A stretch of 64,000 bases of DNA from an uncultured virus (IMG/VR IMGVR_UViG_3300032167_006623) (taxonomy: Duplodnaviria > Heunggongvirae > Uroviricota > Caudoviricetes): the IMG/VR virus record IMGVR_UViG_3300032167_006623; one strand, 5' to 3'. Shown here in pieces: positions 10,705 to 20,753 of the stretch. Below the pieces are notes generated by a model. It did no database searches. It was not told the origin of the DNA and saw only the letters and a program-made list of their open reading frames with translations. The translations under genes were made by a program, and so were the position numbers. Each line of letters begins with the position of its first letter. The stretch's first letter is position 1.

Positions 10705-10738
10705 TCTGTCTTTGCAGACAGACGGGGTTGTTCATAAA
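10705..10738 (+). repeat. hairpin+CGGGGTTG motif copy
   Basis: TCTGTC-TTTGCA-GACAGA CGGGGTTGTTCATAAA, directly after a terminator and before the gene at 10791. Confidence 0.75.
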
Positions 10739-10790
10739 CGATTTATAAGAAAATAATTATTATGACACTGATAAAAAAGGAGATGCTATT

Positions 10791-11174
10791 ATGAACCCAA
10801 ACGCTATCGTCATAGCTATTAAAAATCTTCGCGACAGAACTACAAAACGCAGTATTTTTTGCAAAAACAACAAAGCTGTGACATCTATTGATTATGATAA
10901 TAATATCATAATCATGGCTGAAGTCACATCCATTAACAACAATATTCCCGCTATTTACATCACGGCTTATGATAAATTGACTAATGCCAAAAGTGTAAAT
11001 GACGCCGTTTGTATAGGCTCAATGGATACCTGCTATGAAATCACTGATGAAATCATAGAACAGGAAGTATTTAATTTCTGTCGTATTATTGAAAACGGCA
11101 AGCTTACATGGAATGCTTCTCTTGAAGACCGAGACGCTGAATGGAACAGATGGTTTACGGCTCTCTATGCGTAA
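10791..11174 (+). CDS. hypothetical protein
   Basis: AAGGAG RBS, 127 aa. Confidence 0.7.
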   Translation: MNPNAIVIAIKNLRDRTTKRSIFCKNNKAVTSIDYDNNIIIMAEVTSINNNIPAIYITAYDKLTNAKSVNDAVCIGSMDTCYEITDEIIEQEVFNFCRIIENGKLTWNASLEDRDAEWNRWFTALYA

Positions 11175-11189
11175 ATACAGGAGATAACA

Positions 11190-11627
11190 ATGCCAAAATT
11201 TTTACACAATTTTTCAGAATACAACGATGGTTCCATCGTTGATAATGGTTGGTGGAAAATTGACGGCTGCTATATAACAAACCTATATGGCGGCCGTCAG
11301 GCTTATGAGCCATCAGATGATGACATAATCGTAGAAGCTGATGATATCACAAATCTCGATTGGAGCTGTCTTTTGAAACCCGACAGCATTTTCGGTTTTA
11401 TTGACCGCAATGGTAAGCATTATGGTTGTGATTACGGTGAACATAGATTATTTGCTCAGCTTTATCTCAAGTCAAATGAAAGATGTCTTGAAATGCAGGG
11501 TTGGGTCAAAATCTATCGCAATTACAATCGCCAAATTGAATATTACTATGAAAACAATCTCACAAATGCTCAGATTTTAACACTTGAAAACCTCGGTATT
11601 CTCAGAGAAGAAGACCGTATATACTGA
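11190..11627 (+). CDS. hypothetical protein (phage/plasmid type)
   Basis: AGGAG RBS; G.I..NG..YGC....H...A....E..LE..GWVKI motif. Confidence 0.7.
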   Translation: MPKFLHNFSEYNDGSIVDNGWWKIDGCYITNLYGGRQAYEPSDDDIIVEADDITNLDWSCLLKPDSIFGFIDRNGKHYGCDYGEHRLFAQLYLKSNERCLEMQGWVKIYRNYNRQIEYYYENNLTNAQILTLENLGILREEDRIY

Positions 11628-11640
11628 AAGGAGTATCATT

Positions 11641-12030
11641 ATGTCAAATACAAAACCTTACGTTTGCTATGTTCAGAACGGCACTTTGTGTAGTGCTCAT
11701 TCTAATAACGGTATAGAAAATCCAAGCATCTTAATCTACGGACCTGATGATATGATAATGAAATGGGGCGATTATGATAAGCTTCAGCCTCATTTTGACC
11801 GTTATGTTCGGTCTTATGCAGCTGTAGGTGAAGATGACAGCACAAAAGTACAGCTCATCAATTTATCAGCTTTAACTGTCGATGAACAGTGTTATATCAT
11901 CAACAGAATGGTGACTTATACAGCAACAGGTTTTGTGGAAGCTTTTGCTGAACATATATTCAAGCCTGACGCACTGGATTGGCTGCACGCTGAAATGCAG
12001 CGTTTTCCTCGACCTCTTGTAAAATTATAA
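11641..12030 (+). CDS. hypothetical protein
   Basis: Start re-assigned to ATG 11641 after GAAAGGAG. Confidence 0.65.
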   Translation: MSNTKPYVCYVQNGTLCSAHSNNGIENPSILIYGPDDMIMKWGDYDKLQPHFDRYVRSYAAVGEDDSTKVQLINLSALTVDEQCYIINRMVTYTATGFVEAFAEHIFKPDALDWLHAEMQRFPRPLVKL

Positions 12031-12031
12031 T

Positions 12032-12250
12032 ATGAACAAACGAATACATCAAAAAATATACAAACGAGCAGAAAACAAACTGCTTACGTATATTAAAAAA
12101 CATCACGACAAACGCTCGACCTACGCTATTGCTAAATCAGAATCCATTCTCTCTCCCATAGAGAGAGTGGTATTTCTGAAAGAACAAAATCGCCGTATAA
12201 TGCTTTTCAATCAAATCAAAAACGAATTGATTGAAGAAAACAAATGGTAA
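12032..12250 (+). CDS. small basic hypothetical protein
   Basis: 72 aa, abuts the upstream stop. Confidence 0.5.
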   Translation: MNKRIHQKIYKRAENKLLTYIKKHHDKRSTYAIAKSESILSPIERVVFLKEQNRRIMLFNQIKNELIEENKW

Positions 12251-12272
12251 CGTCATGAAAGGACAATATTTT

Positions 12273-12719
12273 ATGAAAAAATATATGATTCTCGATATCG
12301 CTTATTGGTTCTTATGTAAAGCACCAATGACCCACAGTAAACTGCAGAAGCTTTGTTATTATACACAGGCTTGGCATCATACTTTGTATGATGCAGCATT
12401 ATTCAACGGTGAATTCAGAGCTTGGTATAGCGGTCCTATCGCTATGAGCTTATATTCCCCTCTTGAGTTTTTCGGCAGAAATACTCTCAATAAACACACT
12501 ATCATGAATGCAAAGCCCATTGATGATGAAACACAGACTTTTCTTGAACGCATCTGGAATAATTACGGTAAGTTCAGTGACAATGAACTCGAACAGCTCA
12601 TAAAATCAGAAATGCCTTACATTGAAGCAAGAGATAATTTGCATGCATTTTTACCCGAAATGCCAATTATCAATATTCCGACAATAAAAAGCTATTATTC
12701 CAAACAGACTTTGAATTGA
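12273..12719 (+). CDS. SocA/Panacea (DUF4065) antitoxin-like protein
   Basis: MT..KLQKLCYY.QAWH......LF...F.AW..GP signature; ATG 12273 follows GAAAGGA. Confidence 0.8.
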   Translation: MKKYMILDIAYWFLCKAPMTHSKLQKLCYYTQAWHHTLYDAALFNGEFRAWYSGPIAMSLYSPLEFFGRNTLNKHTIMNAKPIDDETQTFLERIWNNYGKFSDNELEQLIKSEMPYIEARDNLHAFLPEMPIINIPTIKSYYSKQTLN

Positions 12720-12730
12720 GGTGTCTTAAC

Positions 12731-13192
12731 ATGAATGAAAAAGGTGGTATAATCCTATTCGGCAAGCCGCATGGTCTCAGCGACGTTTCAACAGGCTTCT
12801 TTATTATGTTCCTGATTATCTCTCTTTTGATAAATATGGATTTTCTGATGCTTAAGTTTACAGACGGCGTTGAAACATCAGCCGTTATCACCGATATTGA
12901 TAAGTCATCATATCGTCGCAATGGCAAAACACATACTGATTATGATGTTTATGTGACATATTTTGTATGTGACAATGCAGGTCATGAAATCGGATATTCA
13001 GCTGAACTGAATACTTACGATTTTACAATGAAAAAAGGCGGTAATGTACAGATTTTATATTCTGAAAGCAATCCGCATCATATTGCCTGCAATATTATGG
13101 TCAGCTGGCTATTCCTGATAATCAGTATCATCGGACTTACCGGCTCGTTGATAGCAAAAGTCATAAAACGTAAAAATTCAGATAAGGAGTAA
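12731..13192 (+). CDS. DUF3592-like membrane protein
   Basis: TM - beta domain (G..V.ILY...NP) - TM layout. Confidence 0.6.
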   Translation: MNEKGGIILFGKPHGLSDVSTGFFIMFLIISLLINMDFLMLKFTDGVETSAVITDIDKSSYRRNGKTHTDYDVYVTYFVCDNAGHEIGYSAELNTYDFTMKKGGNVQILYSESNPHHIACNIMVSWLFLIISIIGLTGSLIAKVIKRKNSDKE

Positions 13193-13199
13193 TTGATAC

Positions 13200-13724
13200 A
13201 TGTTTGAATCCAACATTACATATAAGGATTATAAAAACTGTGATTTGGCTGATTTCAAACAGGCTATGTCACAGAAAAACGATGATGTTAAAACTATTTC
13301 AACTGAATATTTGTATATTTTATATACAAAATTCATGGCTGATGCAAACCAGTGTGCATATGCAGGCACATCATATACTTATGGCTTATCTATAAGTTCC
13401 AAAAAACAGGCTGAAAAATACAAAGCCGAAATTATGAAACGAATGGAACAAAAGCTTACTTCAGAAAAGCCGCAGCCATATGTGTTTGATGCTATTGAAA
13501 ATACAATCTTGAGCATCAATAAAGATATACTCGTGACAATGACCGTACACGGTGAAACAAAAACATATACAGCATACTGCGATACGGATGAAAGCTGGGA
13601 CATGGCTGTTGTCAATGAAGACAATGTCTCATATGGCTTATCTTGCTGCAATTTGCAAGAACTGAGAGCCTTGCTTTTAGCTGACTATGCAAGCGGTATA
13701 ATTACAAACGTATGTATTGAATAA
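13200..13724 (+). CDS. hypothetical protein
   Basis: N-terminal ~85 aa paralogous to 15073-15711 (CDL.DF..AMS.K.D....ISTE.LYILYTKF). Confidence 0.75.
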   Translation: MFESNITYKDYKNCDLADFKQAMSQKNDDVKTISTEYLYILYTKFMADANQCAYAGTSYTYGLSISSKKQAEKYKAEIMKRMEQKLTSEKPQPYVFDAIENTILSINKDILVTMTVHGETKTYTAYCDTDESWDMAVVNEDNVSYGLSCCNLQELRALLLADYASGIITNVCIE

Positions 13725-13743
13725 AACAATAAGGAGTAAAACT

Positions 13744-13962
13744 ATGAAGAATTTATACAAACGTAAAGCATATCTTCTTGATGATAATACAGTAATTGAG
13801 GGTTATACTGACAAATATGGTTTTCATCCTACCGACCCCGATTGCGGCTTTACTATCCAGAAATTCCGCAAGAAAGATATTAACCGGATTATCTTCTATA
13901 CCAAGCATCGCTTTACTGTTGAATTTTTAAAAACATTGCGAGCAAAAGACTATCCGTTTTAA
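13744..13962 (+). CDS. small hypothetical protein
   Basis: AAGGAG RBS before ATG 13744. Confidence 0.55.
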   Translation: MKNLYKRKAYLLDDNTVIEGYTDKYGFHPTDPDCGFTIQKFRKKDINRIIFYTKHRFTVEFLKTLRAKDYPF

Positions 13963-14035
13963 TTCAAAATATTGCTTTTTCACAGCAATTATGCTATAAT
14001 AATATCAGTAAAATCTATATGAAAGGAACAGATTT

Positions 14036-14233
14036 ATGAGTGTTTTAATTAAAGACACCACTCGCGAAGAGCGAAAAGAAATCATCAAAAACGGTCTTGC
14101 TTTAGCGTCACTGGACTCAAAGCCCCCTACTGAAAAAGCTATGGCTCTTTTCGGTAAATATATCAACGGAGAAATGGAGCTGAAAGAAGTAGAAACTTCT
14201 ATCATTGCTTCATATTCACAAAACAATGGTTGA
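14036..14233 (+). CDS. VbhA-like antitoxin
   Basis: 65 aa, overlaps the fic start; P......L...YI.GE pattern; the inhibitory motif looks atypical (SLDS rather than SxxxEG). Confidence 0.7.
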   Translation: MSVLIKDTTREERKEIIKNGLALASLDSKPPTEKAMALFGKYINGEMELKEVETSIIASYSQNNG

Positions 14234-14975
14234 CCCATATTTGTATGAAAATTCAGATGTGCTGAAAAATAAACTCGGCATCAAAGATAGGACTGCTTTA
14301 AGTGACGCAGAAGCAGACATAACATCCACAAAAATGATGACAGTTGATGAAATCAAAGGTGATTTTGATTATGCCCACTACAAAAAACTCCATAAGCATA
14401 TTTTCGGAGACATTTATGATTGGGCCGGCGAAGAACGAGAAATACCTATCAGCAAAAGCGAAAAGGCATTGGGTGGCATGTCAGTTCAATATGCTTATCC
14501 AAATGAAATCGAGAAAAATGCCAAGAAAGCTATCAAAAAACTTCATGACACTGATTGGAACAGTCTGTCCCCTGATGAACGAGCTGAAAAATATGCAAAA
14601 AATATTGCTGAATTATGGCAAGCTCATCCATTCAGAGAAGGCAACACCCGAACAACCATGACGTTCGCTTGTCAATTTGCCGACGCACACGGATTCCCTA
14701 TGGACAGACAATTATTTGCCTCTCATTCAGGCTATACGAGAACAGCTTTGGTGATGTCATCTATCGGACAATATTCTGAAACTGAACATTTAACAAAAAT
14801 ATTCAAAGACAGCATGGAACGTGGTGCCAGACAATGTGAAATGACAGAAAAAACTAAAACAGCTGAAGCAAAAGCTATAAAATTATCACGCTATGATACA
14901 GCTGTTTCAGATAACTTTGCCCCAAAGTCACCTGACATTTCATCACCTGATATCGCTGATTCGTATAATAAGTAA
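14226..14975 (+). CDS. fic: Fic-domain protein (AMPylase, FicT-like)
   Basis: MVDPYLY..S.VLKNKLGI, H..IF.DIYDWAG..R and HPFREGNTRT Fic motif. Confidence 0.92.
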   Translation: MVDPYLYENSDVLKNKLGIKDRTALSDAEADITSTKMMTVDEIKGDFDYAHYKKLHKHIFGDIYDWAGEEREIPISKSEKALGGMSVQYAYPNEIEKNAKKAIKKLHDTDWNSLSPDERAEKYAKNIAELWQAHPFREGNTRTTMTFACQFADAHGFPMDRQLFASHSGYTRTALVMSSIGQYSETEHLTKIFKDSMERGARQCEMTEKTKTAEAKAIKLSRYDTAVSDNFAPKSPDISSPDIADSYNK

Positions 14976-14980
14976 TTATA

Positions 14981-15007
14981 CTCCCGATGCTGTCATCGGG
15001 AGCTTTT
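14981..15007 (+). terminator. Rho-independent terminator
   Basis: CTCCCGATG/CATCGGGAG stem followed by T run. Confidence 0.7.
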
Positions 15008-15072
15008 GTTTTCATAAATATCAACAAAATTCTTAAACATAATAATTTACAGCATAAGAAAGGATTTCGAAT

Positions 15073-15711
15073 ATGTCGGATATCATTTTCACAACACTCA
15101 AAGGCTTCAGAGATTGCGACTTATTGGATTTTGCCAAAGCTATGTCTCACAAAGATGACAAACTCAGAAATATTTCAACTGAACATCTTTACATTCTGTA
15201 TACAAAATTTGCATATGATACCACTCATCACATATATGCAGACATTCGTACAAAACAGGATGTAATTGTAGATGCCCAAAAACGAGCATCTGCGTACAAA
15301 TCTGAGTTTGAACGCCGTATGAAAGAAGAAGCATTGAAGCTTCAGGACCCATATTTGTATATACTGAAATATACAAACAGTATAGACCATAAAATCTGTG
15401 AAACTCAATTCACGGGCAAAACAAATGCTGCAGCCAAAGCATTTGTTGAATCATATCTTGAAAATCTGAAAACAAGCCAACCTGATACAGAATTTATGCC
15501 TCTGTCATTGACCAAAACAGAAATTGTCAATATCGATGACTTGAAAAATAATCATAATTCTGCTGATTTTCAAATAACAGACAGATTATCTGACCCTGAT
15601 TATGTCAACGAAATCTGTAATTTGCTGAGCACTATGTCTCAAACATTAAATATGCATGAAAGCTGTCTTCTCATGGACGCCATTTCAATAATTCGATTAA
15701 AAACGAAATAA
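15073..15711 (+). CDS. hypothetical protein
   Basis: GAAAGGA RBS; paralogous N-terminus with 13200-13724. Confidence 0.75.
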   Translation: MSDIIFTTLKGFRDCDLLDFAKAMSHKDDKLRNISTEHLYILYTKFAYDTTHHIYADIRTKQDVIVDAQKRASAYKSEFERRMKEEALKLQDPYLYILKYTNSIDHKICETQFTGKTNAAAKAFVESYLENLKTSQPDTEFMPLSLTKTEIVNIDDLKNNHNSADFQITDRLSDPDYVNEICNLLSTMSQTLNMHESCLLMDAISIIRLKTK

Positions 15712-15718
15712 TCATTTT

Positions 15719-15752
15719 TTTGTCTTTACAGACAAACGGGGTTGTCTATAAA
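15719..15752 (+). repeat. hairpin+CGGGGTTG motif copy
   Basis: TTTGTC-TTTACA-GACAAA CGGGGTTGTCTATAAA. Confidence 0.75.
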
Positions 15753-15912
15753 TACTATTCATGGAAGGAAATGATGTTATGCATCCGATTCATAAAACAT
15801 ATCATAAGACCTTAACTCGTGAAGAAAAAGCCAGACGTATTATACGGGATTGCATGAAAATGCGAAAGAAAAAAACTCACATGAAAAATCTAAAATAATA
15901 TAGGAGGTAAAA

Positions 15913-17235
15913 ATGGGTGAAGTAACAAACGATATTGTAAGTAAAACAGCCTATTTGATTGGTATAGCTGATACCACTCTGCTTGAAAAATACCCCACTT
16001 GTTCTGACATCATCATAGCAATGATGAAATCTGAAGCTGCGACAAAAATACGTTCACTGTGTATTTTAAGAACAAATCTGCTTATGAATTTTGAAAAAAC
16101 CGACACTGCATTGAAATATGATTTCAAACGTTTTGAACAAATGGATTGGTTTGATGCAAACGCCATAGCATATTTGAAGAATATGGGTATTGAAATTCAT
16201 ATACCCAACGGTAAGAATACAGATTACTTGGTCTTCATAAATAAACTCATTTCTGAAAACATAAATGCTTGTGCTGAATTTTATCCTGATTGGATAGAAT
16301 GGGATTATATGAAAGATTTGTTTGTGTGTCCAAACTGTAATAAACCCAATGAGCAAAAGAAACAAATCAAAGCTTATCAGACACATAGGGATGAATATCC
16401 AAACAAAATGTATATACACTGGAAACCACATGATGTAGGCGATTTGTTGGCAAGTGATACAAGATTTTTGAAAATAGTGTATGGAATGCATGGTCGCCAT
16501 TTCACAATGAATAATTATTGCAACAATGCAAATGGCAAAATGTCATTGACGGATTTCATAACTGCAAGAAACACTGTTGATTTGGTAGTTGACTGTGAAA
16601 ACTCAGATGTATATAAATTATATGCTATGCTGATGTCATTGGACCAGAAAACTATAAAAAAGATACACAAAATCATTCTGTTTGATGATGAACATACTAC
16701 TATGGGATGGGACTTCCTGAAAAATTACATAGATGTCAATATCATCGAACACATAGTCGTTAAGCGCGTAATGGCAGAAAAATCGTTGGTTGATATTCGA
16801 ATGGCAATGGGAATTGGCCAAGAATATTATCAACAGGGCATAACGTCATTTGTATTGGTATCAAGCGATTCTGACTTTTGGGGTGTAATGTCATCATTAC
16901 CCGGTGCAAAATTCTATTGTGTTACCGAAGACGAAAAGTTCAGCAAAACAATGAGTGATTTGCTGGATGCAAATGGAATAGCTCACTGTACATTGGATGA
17001 CTTCAACGCAACCGAAGCAAATACATTGAAAGAAATCGTATTGCTGAATGTATTCAATAGATACGCAACTGAAAATATATTCACAGAAGTGAATGGTATG
17101 GATTTGATGCACCGATTGTACTCAATGACACGAATCACAGCTACAAATGAAGAAAAAATGTGCTTCTATAACAATCACATACAGAAAATAAGAATCAAAA
17201 TGAATTCAAGCAATGTGCTTCAGCTCGCAAATTAA
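15913..17235 (+). CDS. NYN (PIN-fold) domain protein, putative RNase
   Basis: VVDCENS, KSLVD and LVSSDSDF acidic motifs of NYN domains; AGGAGG RBS. Confidence 0.8.
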   Translation: MGEVTNDIVSKTAYLIGIADTTLLEKYPTCSDIIIAMMKSEAATKIRSLCILRTNLLMNFEKTDTALKYDFKRFEQMDWFDANAIAYLKNMGIEIHIPNGKNTDYLVFINKLISENINACAEFYPDWIEWDYMKDLFVCPNCNKPNEQKKQIKAYQTHRDEYPNKMYIHWKPHDVGDLLASDTRFLKIVYGMHGRHFTMNNYCNNANGKMSLTDFITARNTVDLVVDCENSDVYKLYAMLMSLDQKTIKKIHKIILFDDEHTTMGWDFLKNYIDVNIIEHIVVKRVMAEKSLVDIRMAMGIGQEYYQQGITSFVLVSSDSDFWGVMSSLPGAKFYCVTEDEKFSKTMSDLLDANGIAHCTLDDFNATEANTLKEIVLLNVFNRYATENIFTEVNGMDLMHRLYSMTRITATNEEKMCFYNNHIQKIRIKMNSSNVLQLAN

Positions 17236-17386
17236 CTTTACACAAAATCGACAACGTATAAGGACAAAATATATCAAGAAAGGATTTGAAAACAGACAAA
17301 TAGAATAATCTGAAAAACACTATACTCATAAAACATTAATTCATAAGAAAATCAATCATAAAGAATATTTTGAAAAGAGGGCGTTT

Positions 17387-17755
17387 ATGCGGAAAAATAT
17401 AATCATTACGTTATTAACAGCTTTATTGCTGTTTTGCGGTTGTGATAGCAATCGCGAATATGATTACGCTCCCCCACCTGATACCAATCATTTGTATTGG
17501 AAGGATATCGAAGTCGTTATTACTGATGTTGAACATCAAGTATATGGGGCAGCACCCGCTATTCGCCGCTCTGTCAAGATTTCTGTTTACAGCGAAGAAT
17601 ATGATTTATCAGATAGCTATATTTTTGAAAATATAAGCATTCTTGATGATTGCTATAGCTATGAAAAGGGTGATATCGTAACCGCTGAGCTTTATACTTG
17701 GAAAAACAATGTCACAGGTGAAATCAACAAACGAGAAATCAATAAAATATACTAA
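17387..17755 (+). CDS. putative lipoprotein
   Basis: Signal peptide ending LLFCGC. Confidence 0.65.
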   Translation: MRKNIIITLLTALLLFCGCDSNREYDYAPPPDTNHLYWKDIEVVITDVEHQVYGAAPAIRRSVKISVYSEEYDLSDSYIFENISILDDCYSYEKGDIVTAELYTWKNNVTGEINKREINKIY

Positions 17756-17771
17756 GAAAGGATTTAAAAAT

Positions 17772-17942
17772 ATGATGCCTTTATTCTCTACCGAAGATAT
17801 TATAAGAACTCTCATCAAAACAGGTACAGACATATCCGCCGGCGAATTTGCAGCTGAGCTTCTGGATATTTCAACAGACAAGCTGTATGAAACAATAGAT
17901 GAATATGAAGAAGCTCCGGAAAGGACTGAGAACAATGCCTGA
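17772..17942 (+). CDS. small acidic hypothetical protein
   Basis: GAAAGGA RBS before MMPLFSTED. Confidence 0.5.
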   Translation: MMPLFSTEDIIRTLIKTGTDISAGEFAAELLDISTDKLYETIDEYEEAPERTENNA

Positions 17943-18213
17943 TTGTGAATATATAAGCCGTGAAACAGCCATTGATGCAATATGGGAATGCGGCGGTGAC
18001 TGCAGTGACCCGGTATCAGCTGTTGAAGAAATCCCTGCCGCTGATGTCAAGGCTGTCATTCATAGCAGCTGGGAACTCATTAAAACAGGCAATGATGTCT
18101 TCGATTATTGTTTCAGATGCAAGCATTGCCATAAAAATACGCCCAACAGAAGCTTTGTTGTGGCTCCCGATTTTTGTCCGCATTGCGGAGCAACAATGGA
18201 TGGAAAGGCTTAA
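17935..18213 (+). CDS. phage-type zinc-ribbon protein
   Basis: YISRE.A...IPAADV...W...CxxC...FCPHCGA.MD pattern common in Firmicute phage/ICE genes. Confidence 0.75.
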   Translation: MPDCEYISRETAIDAIWECGGDCSDPVSAVEEIPAADVKAVIHSSWELIKTGNDVFDYCFRCKHCHKNTPNRSFVVAPDFCPHCGATMDGKA

Positions 18214-18217
18214 AACC

Positions 18218-18511
18218 ATGTCTAACAGATGGATAATTAAAAAAGTTTCATCAAAACACAAATCAAATAAGCATAAAATCATAAAAATAAGAACCAAAAA
18301 ACCTTATATTCCACCTTATGACCCCAAGATAGGCTTTTGGGAAAATGATAATAATATAATCAATCCCACAAAACCTTCTAAAAACAAGATACCATCAAAA
18401 CCGACAAAAAATCAACCCTTTATTCTTTCTCCTGTCGGTTTGATAATGCTATTCATAATGCTATCGTATATGTTTACAATATTTGTTTTTATACTTAGCA
18501 TATTCTTGTAA
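18218..18511 (+). CDS. small basic protein with C-terminal TM
   Basis: Internal ATG (MSNRW...) of the 17960-18511 ORF; hydrophobic C-terminus. Confidence 0.45.
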   Translation: MSNRWIIKKVSSKHKSNKHKIIKIRTKKPYIPPYDPKIGFWENDNNIINPTKPSKNKIPSKPTKNQPFILSPVGLIMLFIMLSYMFTIFVFILSIFL

Positions 18512-18532
18512 ACAAAGAAAGGACGTGATACA

Positions 18533-19702
18533 ATGTTTACCTTAACTTCAAAACACGGTGATGTCATTGTCTATGCCAAGACCATCGAACAGGAAGCTAT
18601 TTCACAAATCAGCGAAATGGCCAATTCCCCTATCGGAGAAAACGCCAATATCCGAATCATGCCTGATGCTCACGCAGGCGCAGGCTGTGTTATCGGAACA
18701 ACGATGACAATTACCGATAAAATTTGCCCTAATCTCGTGGGTGTAGACATTGGATGTGGAGTCGACCTTGTCCATACCGACATTGACTTTGAAAATCGTC
18801 TTCCTGAACTCGACGAGGTTATTCGAAAGAACATACCTCATGGTATGGCAGTACACGAGAATGAGGTCTATTTTGACTTTACCAAACTCCTTTGTTGGGA
18901 CAAACTCACCAAAGAAGTTCAAGACAGAGCAAAGCGTGCCATGGGCACCCTTGGCGGCGGCAATCATTTTCTTGAGGCTTACAAAAATGGCTATATCGCT
19001 GTACACAGCGGCAGCCGTAATATAGGTCTTGCTGTGGCAAAGTATTATCAGAACCTTGCTGAACAGCGTACAAAAGAACACAATCACAAAACACTGACAG
19101 AATTATTGCAGACTATCCCGCCTGTCAAGCGTGAACTTTGGCTGCAGGAAAATAAGATAAATATATCTCGTGACCTGTGCTATCTTACAGGACAAGATAT
19201 GCAGGACTATCTCCACGATATAGCTATCATGCAGAAATTTGCTGACCAGAATCGCTTCACGATGCTCAACGCTATTGTGACTCGGATGTCCGGCAAAATT
19301 GTTTCTCATATCAATTCCATTCACAACTATATTGATATAGAAAGCATGATTCTCCGCAAGGGCGCCATCTCTGCGAAAAGAGATGAAATATTGGTCATTC
19401 CTCTTAATATGCGTGATGGTATGCTTGTATGCAAAGGCAAAGGCAATCCTGAATGGAACTATTCAGCCCCTCACGGTGCAGGAAGATTATACTCACGCTC
19501 AAAAGCTAAGGAAATCTTCTCTGTTGAAGAATATGCTGATACAATGAAAACAGCAGGTATTTACACTACCTGCGTAAATGAAAGCACTCTTGATGAAGCA
19601 CCGTTTGCTTACAAAAACTACACTGAAATCATGGAGTGTATAGAGCCTACTGTGGAAATCCTTGAACGTATCATTCCTATATACAACTTCAAAGCGAATT
19701 AA
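18533..19702 (+). CDS. rtcB: RtcB-family RNA ligase
   Basis: IMPDAHAG, VGVDIGCG, GTLGGGNHF, HSGSR, HNY, RKGA, SAPHGAGR, DEAP.AYK motifs. Confidence 0.95.
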   Translation: MFTLTSKHGDVIVYAKTIEQEAISQISEMANSPIGENANIRIMPDAHAGAGCVIGTTMTITDKICPNLVGVDIGCGVDLVHTDIDFENRLPELDEVIRKNIPHGMAVHENEVYFDFTKLLCWDKLTKEVQDRAKRAMGTLGGGNHFLEAYKNGYIAVHSGSRNIGLAVAKYYQNLAEQRTKEHNHKTLTELLQTIPPVKRELWLQENKINISRDLCYLTGQDMQDYLHDIAIMQKFADQNRFTMLNAIVTRMSGKIVSHINSIHNYIDIESMILRKGAISAKRDEILVIPLNMRDGMLVCKGKGNPEWNYSAPHGAGRLYSRSKAKEIFSVEEYADTMKTAGIYTTCVNESTLDEAPFAYKNYTEIMECIEPTVEILERIIPIYNFKAN

Positions 19703-19728
19703 ACAATAATCAAGAAAGGGTTTTTGCT

Positions 19729-19902
19729 ATGACCGTAAAAGAAATGAAAAGTATCATTGAAAATTTACCTGATGATACTGAAATAAAGATAAACAGCGTT
19801 TGGAATGAAAACATTCAGGAACTCACAGCTGTATCTTGCAGTGGATTTTATCATGAACAACAAACAACGGTGTTCCTGACACCTGACCAGATTGCATTAT
19901 GA
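19729..19902 (+). CDS. small hypothetical protein (57 aa)
   Basis: Not in the track; MTVKEMKSIIENLPDDTEI... after GAAAGGG. Confidence 0.55.
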   Translation: MTVKEMKSIIENLPDDTEIKINSVWNENIQELTAVSCSGFYHEQQTTVFLTPDQIAL

Positions 19903-19916
19903 AAGAGTGATATAAA

Positions 19917-20156
19917 ATGAAACATGATATGCTCTTTGCTGTTGTCGCTGATATGGACAAGCATGAACATTTTATTGAAACATATCATAGCACTGAATCG
20001 TATAAAGCAGTACGACAACAGCGTTTGGACAGCAATTCATCTTTGAAATTCTGCAGCATTTTTTCAATACCAAAAGAAGCAGTTCGTGAAGCAAAAAGAA
20101 TTTCAAGCCCTAAGTATGTCAAAGGCTGGACATATAATGAAAGCCGTAATACATGA
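19917..20156 (+). CDS. hypothetical protein
   Basis: 79-aa ORF in a co-oriented cluster. Confidence 0.55.
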   Translation: MKHDMLFAVVADMDKHEHFIETYHSTESYKAVRQQRLDSNSSLKFCSIFSIPKEAVREAKRISSPKYVKGWTYNESRNT

Positions 20157-20219
20157 CATATTCAATTCTATTCAAAAAAAATCAATAAATAAATTAAAAT
20201 CAAGAAAGGATTTATCATC

Positions 20220-20690
20220 ATGAACACAACCAACACTATGTACAAAATCGGAGATTACGTGCAGGTCCGCAGCGACCTTGCTATCGGAAACAATTACAGA
20301 ATGGCAAATCAGGCTGAAGATATTGCTGTTACTGAGGATATGACCGTATTTTCAGGTCTTATCGTTCGTATCCGCGACTTTGATGAAGACAACAACGCTT
20401 ATCTTATCGACCACCCTACAATTGAAGACGAAGGCTCAATTTGGGTGGATGAAATGTTTGAAAAAACAGTTTCCGAAGAAGACGGAAAGACCGCTTTCAT
20501 CAATGCCATTCTTACACTTACAAAGGAAACAGCTGAATATATTCTCGAAGAACTTCGTGCTAAATCAAATAAGGACTTGACAGCTATGTTCCATACAATT
20601 GTTTATGGTGTAAAGAAACTGAGTGAGTTGACAGGTCTTCCTGTACGTTTTTGTCCACAGGATGAAGCAACAGCAGATGTGACGAATTAA
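20220..20690 (+). CDS. hypothetical protein
   Basis: GAAAGGA RBS; YKIGD.V.VRSDL...W.DEMFE SH3-like phage motif. Confidence 0.7.
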   Translation: MNTTNTMYKIGDYVQVRSDLAIGNNYRMANQAEDIAVTEDMTVFSGLIVRIRDFDEDNNAYLIDHPTIEDEGSIWVDEMFEKTVSEEDGKTAFINAILTLTKETAEYILEELRAKSNKDLTAMFHTIVYGVKKLSELTGLPVRFCPQDEATADVTN

Positions 20691-20753
20691 AATCAACGAA
20701 AACAATTTTCGCCACTAACAAATACATTCAAAAGCAAGAAAGGATTTATCACT